The notes beneath the pieces were generated by a model. The model was not told the DNA's origin. It did no database searches and saw only the letters and a list, made by a program, of their open reading frames with translations. The position numbers were made by a program, and so were the translations under genes. Source: an uncultured virus (IMG/VR IMGVR_UViG_3300032301_000717) (Duplodnaviria > Heunggongvirae > Uroviricota > Caudoviricetes). From it: a stretch of 64,000 nucleotides of DNA. Shown one piece after another: positions 41,485 through 50,772 of the stretch. The stretch lies in the IMG/VR virus record IMGVR_UViG_3300032301_000717, one strand, 5' to 3'. Numbering within the stretch: position 1 is the stretch's first letter; each line of letters starts with the position of its first letter.

Positions 41485-42486
41485 ATGGCTAGTACAGTAA
41501 AAGCGGGACTAACCACAAATGCTTTGTTGAAGTCGATAAAAAGAAGAGCTATGATTCCGGACAATCAAAACACGTTTACGGATCAAGATCTTATTGATTT
41601 GATGAACGAAGAAATGATGATAGGACTTGTACCTTCTGTTCTACAAACGAAGGAAGAGTACTTTATCTTCAAACAAGTGGTTCCTCTTGTTTCAAATAAG
41701 TCTAACTATCCTGTTCCAGAAAGAGCTTTGGCGAATAAACTTAGAGAGATTTGCTATAAAGATATCCCTACAAAGACTGGGGGTAACGAATATGAAATGA
41801 CTCAGATCGCCATAGATGATCGCTATACTGGTTTATCAAATGGTACTGGCTCTAGCGACTTCACAGGATTTCGTAGATTTTATATGCTAGGAAGTGATGT
41901 TATTCTACATCCTAGTGTCGGTCCTTCTCCATACGGAGGACTAGCTTTTTATTTCTACTTAAGACCCAATAGTATTGTAAAAGAAAATTTAGTTACATCC
42001 ATTACAAGTATAGACAGAACTACTGGAGATATAACACTATCAGCTATTCCATCTAACTATAGTGTTTATGTCTCTGGCACAAATAATACAGTTCTAACTA
42101 CATTTGATTTTGTCAAAGCTAAATCCCCACACAATATTTTAGATATCGACATAACAATAAATTCAATTAACGCCACTTCAAAAATAGTCAATATAAATGT
42201 AGACTCTATTCCTAAAGATTTAGAAATTGGAGACTATCTTACTTTAGCAGGACAAACAATAATACCGAATATTCCAACAGAACTTCATATGGTTTTAGCC
42301 CAAAGAGTAGCACAGAGAGTATTAGAAGCTCTAGGTGATACAGAGGGTTTGAATAATGCTAGTGTCAAAGTTGCTGAAATGGAAAATAAACTATCATCAA
42401 TGATGGATAATCGTGTAGAAGGTTCTCCAAGAAAAGTAGTGAATAGAGCATTGATGACTGGAGTTGGTCGAAATAGACGGAGGTAA
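41485..42486 (+). CDS. Putative head-tail adaptor / tail tubular protein A
   Basis: LLKSIKRRA...DLMNEE N-terminal helices, YPVPE, C-terminal IPTELHMVL helix; precedes a nozzle-sized gene. Confidence 0.6.
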   Translation: MASTVKAGLTTNALLKSIKRRAMIPDNQNTFTDQDLIDLMNEEMMIGLVPSVLQTKEEYFIFKQVVPLVSNKSNYPVPERALANKLREICYKDIPTKTGGNEYEMTQIAIDDRYTGLSNGTGSSDFTGFRRFYMLGSDVILHPSVGPSPYGGLAFYFYLRPNSIVKENLVTSITSIDRTTGDITLSAIPSNYSVYVSGTNNTVLTTFDFVKAKSPHNILDIDITINSINATSKIVNINVDSIPKDLEIGDYLTLAGQTIIPNIPTELHMVLAQRVAQRVLEALGDTEGLNNASVKVAEMENKLSSMMDNRVEGSPRKVVNRALMTGVGRNRRR

Positions 42487-42488
42487 CT

Positions 42489-45458
42489 GTGGCTAGTCAA
42501 ATAATAAATCTTAAAGCCTCCGGTCTTCAAACATATTACCAAACACTAATGGAGATTTCTCCGGGTGCTTTATTAAAAGCCAACAATGTTGTTATTGACA
42601 GAGATGGTGTAATAGAGCCAAGACGAGGAATTAAAACCTATAGCCCCACTGTAGATAAAGTAAAACAACTCTTAGAGTACAAAGGTAGACTCATAAGACA
42701 TGTGCAAAATACATTAGCTTATGATGACGGTACTGGTACATTTACTAATTTTTATGGACTTTATGACGAAACCGAAACTGGTTCTAGAATAAAGTCAGTA
42801 GAAGCTAAGAACAACTTATATTTCACAACAGCCGAAGGTATCAAAAAAATATCAGCTAAAACTCCTAGCGATTTTACCTTGCCTAATATCGTAGAAGATT
42901 CTGGTGGACCTAAAGCAATTGCTGGTATCTTGCAATTAAACCCACTAGCCGGGTTCTTGTCGCTAAATAACAGCAGCTCATATAGAATACTTTGGACTGT
43001 TATTGATAGAAACAATAATCTTATTTTTGGATCTCCTTCAGCATCTATGACTATAACCAATACGTCAATAGCCACAGACTGTTCTGTAGATTTATCTTTT
43101 CAAATACCATATAACGTAACATTAAATACCATAGCATATCTTAATAGTACTCTATTTCCCCTAGTAGGAGATCCTTCTAAAATATATTTGGATACTACTA
43201 ATAATGCTTCTTATAGATGGGATGGAGCCGCTTACGAACAGTACAACAAAGTTACTGAGTACAAATACAGAGTATATAGATCTGAGATTGCAGTAGGAAC
43301 TCCATCGGACGAACTATATCAAGTTTACGAAGGTACTCCAACAGCAGCCGATTTAGAGAATGGATATATAGACTATACAGATTCTTTAGCTGAAAGTTTA
43401 AGAATTGGTGGAGTGCCTCTATATACAAACCAATATGGCGGTGAAGGTATTTTGAAATCAAACGAACCACCTCCAGCAGCAAAAGATATAGCACTGTTTA
43501 AAGGACATATGTTTTATGCCAATACGAGAACTAGACATTCTGCAACATTCACAATACTAGATTTAAGTACATTTACTGCAGGAGTTAGTGACTTAATTAT
43601 CTCAGCTAACACGTATATATTTGATACAACAGAAGACATAGTCACAAAAAAGGTATTGATATCTACAAACCCAAATCCACAATTAGCTATAGAAGAGACA
43701 GCTAGATCATTAGTTACCGTAATTAATGGCGATCCTAATGAAATAATCTCTGCATATTATCTATCTGTTTTTGGTGAAACTCAAGGAAAAATATTGCTAC
43801 AAAGAAAAACTGTAGTTGATAACGCTTTCTACTTGGGAACAACAGACAATGCTATAATCACAAGCTTTACTCCAGAGTTAGGAACTCCTCTAAACATTCT
43901 CACTAAATTTACAAGTAGTGCTGAAACTAACGGAAATAGGCTTTATTACTCAAAATATCAAGAAGTAGAAGCGGTTCCAATTCTAAATTATATCGACATA
44001 GGATCAACCGAACAAGACATATTACGAATTATTCCACTAAGAGAATCTCTATTTATATTAAAAGCCGATGGAGTTTTCAGATTAGCGGGAGATCCCGGAA
44101 GTAACCCTACTTGGGATGTTGGAGCATTTGATACTACCTCAATCATAAAAGCACCGGATACAGCAGTAACTCTTTCAAACCAGTGCTACTATTTTAGTAA
44201 TCAAGGTATTGTTAGATTAAACGAATCTTCTCTTGAACCAATATCTAGACCAATCGAAAATAAGCTACTACCATTCATAACAACTAATGCTAATTTAGCA
44301 CAAGCGTCATTTGCTGTTCCTTATGAGTCAGATAGATCATTACTGGTATGGACTGTATTAACTAAAACCGATACGTTTGCTACAGTATGTTACAGGTATA
44401 ACACCTTAACTAATACTTGGACAGAATGGAAGATACCTAAACTTTGCGGTATTTTAAAAAGAGAAAAAGATAATCACGCTCCTGATAATAAGCTATATTT
44501 TGGATCAGCCTTAGATAATTATGTTGAAGTTGAAAGAAAAAATTTCGATAGATTTGATTATGCCGATAGACAAATTGACATAACATTAACTCCAAGTTCA
44601 TTAGATGGAATTATCATAAAACCAACAGGCTTTAGCAACATTGCTATCGAAGACGTAATATTACAGGAACAGTACGTTACTATATATCAATTTAACTCTT
44701 TACTAAAACAGTTAGATAATGACAATGGATTACTTGTTCATAATTTTTACAATGAATTAAAGATGTCTAATGGTGAAAATTTAACATTTAAAATGAATAG
44801 TTTAGTTGCTAAGTTGGACATAGCAGATCCAACAGCACCTGCATACAGTACGCTGTGGACAAGTCCTTTAAATTTCCAAACCATACAAACTCAGTTTAAT
44901 AATATAGTAGACAAACTAAACGCTTCTCCAGTTGCGTATTTGAGTAATTATAGAAAGTCATTGGGAACAACTAGTTATGAGGCAATCATTACTGACTTAA
45001 ATAGATTAACTCAACAAGCAACATTGAATATACCACCATCGTTTATGGTGGGGGCTTTAGTTCTTTACAAAGGAATTAAAACAGAAGTTGAATATGCTCC
45101 ACAACATGCAGGCACTCCTGCTAGTCAAAAGCAATTTTCAACAGGAACTTTTATGTTTGAGAGAAGGTCATTCCATATAGCACAAGTTGCATATAATAGT
45201 GATTTAAGTGATAGTTATGAGGAGATTTTGTTCTCTCCAAATTCCGCTGGAGTTTTTGGAGGAGCTACTTGGGGGGATGGTACTGTTTGGGGAGGATTGG
45301 GAGATCAAGCTCAAATTGATACTTATATTCCACTAAGAAAACAGAGATGTAGATTTCTTGGTTGTAAGTTTATACACGGGGTAGCTTTAGACTCATTCCA
45401 GTTATACGGACTATCTTTATCAGTAAAACAGTACGCTATACCAAATAGGAATAAGTAA
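42489..45458 (+). CDS. Putative tail nozzle / tail tubular protein B
   Basis: 989 aa; ANNVVI...IEPRRG N-terminus; propeller-like FKGHMFYAN, RLYYSK and LFILKADGVFRL segments. Confidence 0.65.
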   Translation: MASQIINLKASGLQTYYQTLMEISPGALLKANNVVIDRDGVIEPRRGIKTYSPTVDKVKQLLEYKGRLIRHVQNTLAYDDGTGTFTNFYGLYDETETGSRIKSVEAKNNLYFTTAEGIKKISAKTPSDFTLPNIVEDSGGPKAIAGILQLNPLAGFLSLNNSSSYRILWTVIDRNNNLIFGSPSASMTITNTSIATDCSVDLSFQIPYNVTLNTIAYLNSTLFPLVGDPSKIYLDTTNNASYRWDGAAYEQYNKVTEYKYRVYRSEIAVGTPSDELYQVYEGTPTAADLENGYIDYTDSLAESLRIGGVPLYTNQYGGEGILKSNEPPPAAKDIALFKGHMFYANTRTRHSATFTILDLSTFTAGVSDLIISANTYIFDTTEDIVTKKVLISTNPNPQLAIEETARSLVTVINGDPNEIISAYYLSVFGETQGKILLQRKTVVDNAFYLGTTDNAIITSFTPELGTPLNILTKFTSSAETNGNRLYYSKYQEVEAVPILNYIDIGSTEQDILRIIPLRESLFILKADGVFRLAGDPGSNPTWDVGAFDTTSIIKAPDTAVTLSNQCYYFSNQGIVRLNESSLEPISRPIENKLLPFITTNANLAQASFAVPYESDRSLLVWTVLTKTDTFATVCYRYNTLTNTWTEWKIPKLCGILKREKDNHAPDNKLYFGSALDNYVEVERKNFDRFDYADRQIDITLTPSSLDGIIIKPTGFSNIAIEDVILQEQYVTIYQFNSLLKQLDNDNGLLVHNFYNELKMSNGENLTFKMNSLVAKLDIADPTAPAYSTLWTSPLNFQTIQTQFNNIVDKLNASPVAYLSNYRKSLGTTSYEAIITDLNRLTQQATLNIPPSFMVGALVLYKGIKTEVEYAPQHAGTPASQKQFSTGTFMFERRSFHIAQVAYNSDLSDSYEEILFSPNSAGVFGGATWGDGTVWGGLGDQAQIDTYIPLRKQRCRFLGCKFIHGVALDSFQLYGLSLSVKQYAIPNRNK

Positions 45459-45862
45459 TGAAACTTCAATCAGTAAGGATCAAAACTAATGATTTCCCTG
45501 ATGATCAAAAAGAATTGGCAGATTCTCTTGGGGGGATTCTAAACCCATTTATTGATAAACTCGTAATCGGATTTAATAAGAATTTTACAGTAGATGACAA
45601 TCTTCCATTTGAATTTAAGACCGTAGATATTGAAGTAGATGTCTCAGGTAACCCAATAAAAAATGGAACCTTAGTTACTGCACTAAAAAACTTTAAAGGG
45701 TACATTTGTGTAAATGTTATTGATATTAACAATTCAGGTATTTATCCAACTGCAACTCCATTTCTTTCTATAGAAGTTACTGGATTCAGTGTAGCAATAC
45801 GTAATATCGCTGGCTTACCAAGTGGCACAACTTATAGACTTATTCTATTAGGCATTAGCTAA
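45458..45862 (+). CDS. Hypothetical tail-associated protein
   Basis: TAATG-coupled to the nozzle gene. Confidence 0.6.
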   Translation: MKLQSVRIKTNDFPDDQKELADSLGGILNPFIDKLVIGFNKNFTVDDNLPFEFKTVDIEVDVSGNPIKNGTLVTALKNFKGYICVNVIDINNSGIYPTATPFLSIEVTGFSVAIRNIAGLPSGTTYRLILLGIS

Positions 45863-45909
45863 TAGTAACAAATATTTAAGAGAGATTGTTCTAATTTTTG
45901 GAGATTTCT

Positions 45910-47145
45910 ATGGGATTTAGTGTTAAGGCTGCTGTAAAAGCTGTACAAAAAGCTGCGGCTCCTGTTACTCAGGCAATTAAAGATACTGCAAATGTATCTA
46001 AAGATTTAACAAAAGGTGGACTCTCTGGTGGTTTGCAAACGCTCGGATCATTAGCTAAAGGTGACGTGAAGGGTGCTGCTGGCGGTCTTCTTAAGTTGGG
46101 AGAAGTTGGAACTAAGGGTATTTTAGACAGCGTTAAAGCTAGTGGAAACTTGAGTACAGGTCTGTTATCAAACGTAGGCTCTGCTGTCGGTAGTAAAGAT
46201 ATAACAAAAACTGCAGAAAATATAAAAAGAGAAGGTGGTAAAGGTGTAGACCAGTACGGGGGTATGGCTGTTGATATAGGAGCTAATGCACTAACCGGAG
46301 GAACTTATGGAGCAGCTAAAACTGCTTTACAAGGACTACAAGAAGGTGGACTAAAGAGCGTAGTTAATCCTAAGAACTTAAAAGACTTAGCTGTAGATTT
46401 TGCTGCATCTAAAGTGGGCGTTGATCCAGATGCCTTAAAAGCCGCACAAGCTGCCGCTAAGGGCGATTTGAAAGGTGCTGCCCTACAGGCAATGGGTTCT
46501 CCAGCGATCAATAAACAAAGCTTAGATATGGCTAAAGCTGCTTTAAAAGGTGGCGATTTAAAAGATATTTTAAAAAGTCCAGAAATGAAATCAGCGTTGG
46601 CTTCTGGCGTTGGCGCAGTAGCTGGTGCTTATGGTGCTAAAGTAGATCCAGAACTACTTAAAGCTGGTGTTGGCGTTTCTTTGGGAGAAAGTGCTAAAGG
46701 AGAAGCTGCTAAATTTGGTGCAGCTAAAGCTGGATTAGGCGAAACACAAGCTGACCTAGCTGCTAATTTGGCGAAAGGTCAAAGCTTAAAAGAAGCTGGT
46801 ATGGATTACGGATTGAGAGAATCTGGACTAGATCAAAGAATACAACAAGCTAAAGATATAAGAAGTCAAGCTCAAGGTATGAGAGATCAAGCTAGAGATA
46901 TACGTAGTCAAGCACAAGACTTACGAAGTCAAGCTTTAGGTATGCCACAGCAGTTAACAGAATCTGCTATGGGTGAAATGGATATGGCAAAACAAGATTT
47001 GCAAAACCGTGCAATGGGTGCTACAATGGAAGCAGTATCTCCTATGATGAGTTCTGCAAAATCTCAAATGGATCAATTTAAACCGAGTAAAAGAGGGAGA
47101 AGAATGAAAGCCCTACTTAAACGTGGATCATATAGGATAGGATAA
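45910..47145 (+). CDS. Putative internal virion/ejection protein (Gly/Ala-rich)
   Basis: Start at ATG 45910 (GGAG RBS); glycine-zipper-like segments; C-terminal heptad repeats. Confidence 0.6.
   Translation: MGFSVKAAVKAVQKAAAPVTQAIKDTANVSKDLTKGGLSGGLQTLGSLAKGDVKGAAGGLLKLGEVGTKGILDSVKASGNLSTGLLSNVGSAVGSKDITKTAENIKREGGKGVDQYGGMAVDIGANALTGGTYGAAKTALQGLQEGGLKSVVNPKNLKDLAVDFAASKVGVDPDALKAAQAAAKGDLKGAALQAMGSPAINKQSLDMAKAALKGGDLKDILKSPEMKSALASGVGAVAGAYGAKVDPELLKAGVGVSLGESAKGEAAKFGAAKAGLGETQADLAANLAKGQSLKEAGMDYGLRESGLDQRIQQAKDIRSQAQGMRDQARDIRSQAQDLRSQALGMPQQLTESAMGEMDMAKQDLQNRAMGATMEAVSPMMSSAKSQMDQFKPSKRGRRMKALLKRGSYRIG
46846..46935 (+). repeat. Imperfect 21-nt tandem repeat encoding QA(K/Q/R)(D/G)(I/M/L)R(S/D) heptads
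   Basis: CAAGCT/CAAGCA recurs every 21 nt; protein QAKDIRSQAQGMRDQARDIRSQAQDLRSQA. Confidence 0.7.
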
Positions 47146-47148
47146 ATT

Positions 47149-48783
47149 ATGGCATTGAAAGATTTATTAAAAAAAACATTAGGAGGATCATCTAGTGGAG
47201 GGTCGTCTGGTAATATTTTAAGCAATGTCGTAAAGCCAGACATGGTGGCTAATCTTACTTCAAAATTACCTCTTGGTGGAAAAGCGGCAGATGCTATTAA
47301 TCAAGCGGTTAGTGGGATTAGTAATCAAGATTTATTATCTGGAGCACAAAAAGGTTTAGATTTTGTTCAGAACTTAAACATTCCAGAAATTGATGTTAGC
47401 ACTGGATTGCCAAAAAAACTACCTTCAATCGGTGGAGATATTTCTATATTTGATCCACTGGCACAAGGTATTAAATCTGCTTATGGTGGAGTTAAAGATT
47501 TTTTTTCTAGTGGAAAAGAAGATGATATAAGAAATGCACAAGCTGAATACGAAGCTATGCAGAGAGGAGAACAACCTCTTTCTGTACAAGATAAACTTAT
47601 TAGAGAAACTAAAAGAATTGGCGGTCAAATTGGCGGAGGACTCGATACCTTAAAACAAGCTGCTGCTGACAATAAAGCTTTGCTAAATATGGGTGTACAA
47701 GGTAGTGCTGCTTATGCTGGATACCAAGCAGGTAAAGGCGCAAGAGAACAAGTAGGTGGTCTTCTTGGTCAACAACTACAAGAAATGCAAGGTGTTGGAA
47801 GTAAGTTTCAAGGCGTTGATTATGACCCTCAAAGATATGCAGAACAGCAGCAATTTTTAAGAGATCGAATTACAGGTGGTGGATATACTGCTGAAGAAAA
47901 GCAAATGCAACAACAGGGCGATATCAGAGGAGCAAAGGCTTCTGCTGCTGCACGTTTAGCTGGTATTGAACAAATGGCACGTTTAAGCGGTGCTACGGGA
48001 TCTGGCGCAGCACTAGCTTCAGCTTTAACTGGTGGACAAGCTATGGGTAATATTCAAGCTGAAACAGAAGCCGGTAGACAAGCATCAGCTCAACAAAAAA
48101 TGGAATCAGCTATACAACAACAAACACAATTAAGTAGGCAAAAAACAGCAGAGGAAGCAGATCTAGCTAAACAACAAGCAGACTTAGCGTTACAAAGACA
48201 ACAGCAAGTTGGAGCCACTAGAGAGAAGATGGGTTCTAATATTTTAGATACAGCAACACAAGAAGCTGGATTTTACGGAAAGCTCGCAGATTTAGGTACG
48301 AATGTTTTAAGTGGATTAGAAAGTGAAACAGAGAGGGCAGCAAGACTACAACGTGAAGCTCTACAAAAACAAAAAGACGATGCTGAAATAGCTAGAATTA
48401 ATGCAGAAACAGCATACCTAACAGCAGCACAAAGAGGGACAGCCACTCAGGCACAAAAGGACGCTTTAGATAAAGCTACACAAGCTAGTAGTATTATACA
48501 AAAAAACACACAAACTATAACGCAATCTCCAAAACAAGCTCCGGCTGATGGAACCAAAACTCCAAATCTTGTAATGCAACAGCAGCCAACAACAGCAGCT
48601 CCTGCAGCGAAAGCACCAGCAACTCCAGCAGCACCACAAGCTACTGTAAAACCTGCTGTTCCAAATCCCATGAATACTGCAGTTAAACAAGCCGCTACTG
48701 GTTTAAAAACTGCTACATCAAATACTCAACAAACAGCAGCACAGAAGTTTAATAATCAAAATCAACAAGCTAAATTCAGATAG
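47149..48783 (+). CDS. Putative internal virion/ejection protein (Gln/Ala-rich)
   Basis: Composition and position after the tail genes. Confidence 0.6.
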   Translation: MALKDLLKKTLGGSSSGGSSGNILSNVVKPDMVANLTSKLPLGGKAADAINQAVSGISNQDLLSGAQKGLDFVQNLNIPEIDVSTGLPKKLPSIGGDISIFDPLAQGIKSAYGGVKDFFSSGKEDDIRNAQAEYEAMQRGEQPLSVQDKLIRETKRIGGQIGGGLDTLKQAAADNKALLNMGVQGSAAYAGYQAGKGAREQVGGLLGQQLQEMQGVGSKFQGVDYDPQRYAEQQQFLRDRITGGGYTAEEKQMQQQGDIRGAKASAAARLAGIEQMARLSGATGSGAALASALTGGQAMGNIQAETEAGRQASAQQKMESAIQQQTQLSRQKTAEEADLAKQQADLALQRQQQVGATREKMGSNILDTATQEAGFYGKLADLGTNVLSGLESETERAARLQREALQKQKDDAEIARINAETAYLTAAQRGTATQAQKDALDKATQASSIIQKNTQTITQSPKQAPADGTKTPNLVMQQQPTTAAPAAKAPATPAAPQATVKPAVPNPMNTAVKQAATGLKTATSNTQQTAAQKFNNQNQQAKFR

Positions 48784-48792
48784 GAAATAAGT

Positions 48793-50763
48793 ATGAATCT
48801 TCAAGACTATCAAAGAGAAGAACAAAGGATTACACAGGCTCTCGATGCTTTGAAAAAACAAAGAGGCGAAAATCCTGAAAAGTCTATGGAGGAAACATTC
48901 CTTGAACAGCAATTAATGGAATTAAAAACTCCAGTATTAGCTGAGTCTAGAAAAATGTCAGAAGCTACGAAGATACAAGAGAATGAAGAAAATAGAAAGT
49001 ATAATGCTCCCGTGGAAGTAGGAAATAGATCAGCATGGCAAAGTTTTAAACCAGAAGTACAACAGTACGCTCGCCAAATATTTCCATCTTTAAAGGATAT
49101 TGAGCCACAACAAAAAGCTGAAGTAGCAAAAGTTGAAGAAATTGAGCCGGAAGAAAAGCAAGTTGAATTAGATGTAGTAGCAAGAGAACCAGCAACACAA
49201 TCTTCTGAAGCACAAAGCAATAGATTAAATCTTTTTATTCCCGGACTTATGCAACGTGAGGGTGGATTTAGAGCTAAAGTAAAAGGCGACCAAGACACTA
49301 ATAAAGGTGTTACATTAGAGACATATAGACAATTTAAAAAAGATCAGTCATTAACAAAAGACGATTTAAAAAATATTTCGGATGAAGATGTAAAAAACAT
49401 TACTAAAAGATACTATGACGAAGTTGGTGGAGATAAGGTAAAAGATCCAAGAGTTTCTGCTATCTTATTAGATCAAAACTATAATAAGGGTTCAAGATTT
49501 TTATATCAAGTTCAAGATCTTTTTGGTCATAATAGATCTTCTAAGTTAGAAAAAGAAACCATAGACGCAATTAACAGTCAAGATCCTGAAGAATTTTCTA
49601 ATTTATTACTACAAAAAGGATCTCAAGATTATGCTAATATAGCTAGTAGTAATCCAGCTAAACGCAGAGAATATGAAGGTTGGTTAAATCGTCTAGATAA
49701 TCTTCGCAAGGAAGTCGGGTTGACTCCTACCGAATATGAATCGTTAAAAAGACCTGAGCCTTCTCAACAACCAAAATTCCAACCAATTGATATTCAAGCT
49801 CTGATAAAGGATATGTCAGATAGAGAAAAGCAAGCTTCTCTATTTAAGCAAATGGCAAAGGTTAGAGATGCTGCAGCAGGGTTTGGTCTTGGTAGACAAG
49901 TAGCTACTGATTACGGTATGTATGATGAGTTATCTAAGCAAGCACAAATACCATTACGTAATTTGCAATTAAAACAAGAGCTAGAAAATGATCAAGCTAA
50001 GAATGATCCAAATAGCGACATCTCGCAACTTGCTAAAAAGTCATTAGAAGAACTTGGTATGGATACTTCAGCAATGAGTAGGGTATCTTACGCACAATTA
50101 GAAAAGCTATATCCAGCATTAACTCAAGCGTTGTATACTAAGATAGCATCTGAAGCAAAGTACGCATCAGCGAGAGTCGAAGACTTAGCTAGAAAAGATA
50201 CAAAGGCAAGAGAATCAAAAGATAAAAAATTCAATGAATTAAATAGAAGAGTTGAAAAAGTATTTGCAAATAAAGATATTGTAAAAACTTATCAAGACAC
50301 ATCTAAGACTCAAAAACTAATAGATAACGCTTTGAGAAACTGGGAAAGTTTGGGTGATGATTATAAAGCTTCAGCTCAGGCAGCTTTTGTTTCTTATGCA
50401 AAACAAGCTCAAGGTGACGAATCCGTTCTAAGAGAATCTGATATCAAGGTTCTTGCAGGAGGAACTGATTACGGAAATCTTGGAAAACTAATCTCAAAGT
50501 ATTCAGCTAAAGTAGCAGGTTCTGATTTCTCTCCACAAGAACTAAGAGAGTTTGCTGCAGTAATAAGAACTATTAGAGATATTAAAAAGAAAGAGTTTCA
50601 AGGAAGATTAAATCCTATATTAAAAACAGCGCAAGATTCTGAGATTGATGTCAGTGCTTTGATAGATCCAGAACTTATTAAAGATGTTTACTCTCCTACA
50701 ATAGAAGAGAAAGAAGCTAGATTAAAAGAATTACAACAGAAAGAAAAAGCTCAAAAGAAATAA
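48793..50763 (+). CDS. Putative ejection protein with a GH108-like muramidase domain
   Basis: REGGF...TNKGVT catalytic-type motif, DQNYNKG, and GWLNRL of the associated peptidoglycan-binding region. Confidence 0.72.
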   Translation: MNLQDYQREEQRITQALDALKKQRGENPEKSMEETFLEQQLMELKTPVLAESRKMSEATKIQENEENRKYNAPVEVGNRSAWQSFKPEVQQYARQIFPSLKDIEPQQKAEVAKVEEIEPEEKQVELDVVAREPATQSSEAQSNRLNLFIPGLMQREGGFRAKVKGDQDTNKGVTLETYRQFKKDQSLTKDDLKNISDEDVKNITKRYYDEVGGDKVKDPRVSAILLDQNYNKGSRFLYQVQDLFGHNRSSKLEKETIDAINSQDPEEFSNLLLQKGSQDYANIASSNPAKRREYEGWLNRLDNLRKEVGLTPTEYESLKRPEPSQQPKFQPIDIQALIKDMSDREKQASLFKQMAKVRDAAAGFGLGRQVATDYGMYDELSKQAQIPLRNLQLKQELENDQAKNDPNSDISQLAKKSLEELGMDTSAMSRVSYAQLEKLYPALTQALYTKIASEAKYASARVEDLARKDTKARESKDKKFNELNRRVEKVFANKDIVKTYQDTSKTQKLIDNALRNWESLGDDYKASAQAAFVSYAKQAQGDESVLRESDIKVLAGGTDYGNLGKLISKYSAKVAGSDFSPQELREFAAVIRTIRDIKKKEFQGRLNPILKTAQDSEIDVSALIDPELIKDVYSPTIEEKEARLKELQQKEKAQKK

Positions 50764-50772
50764 AGGTTTAAA

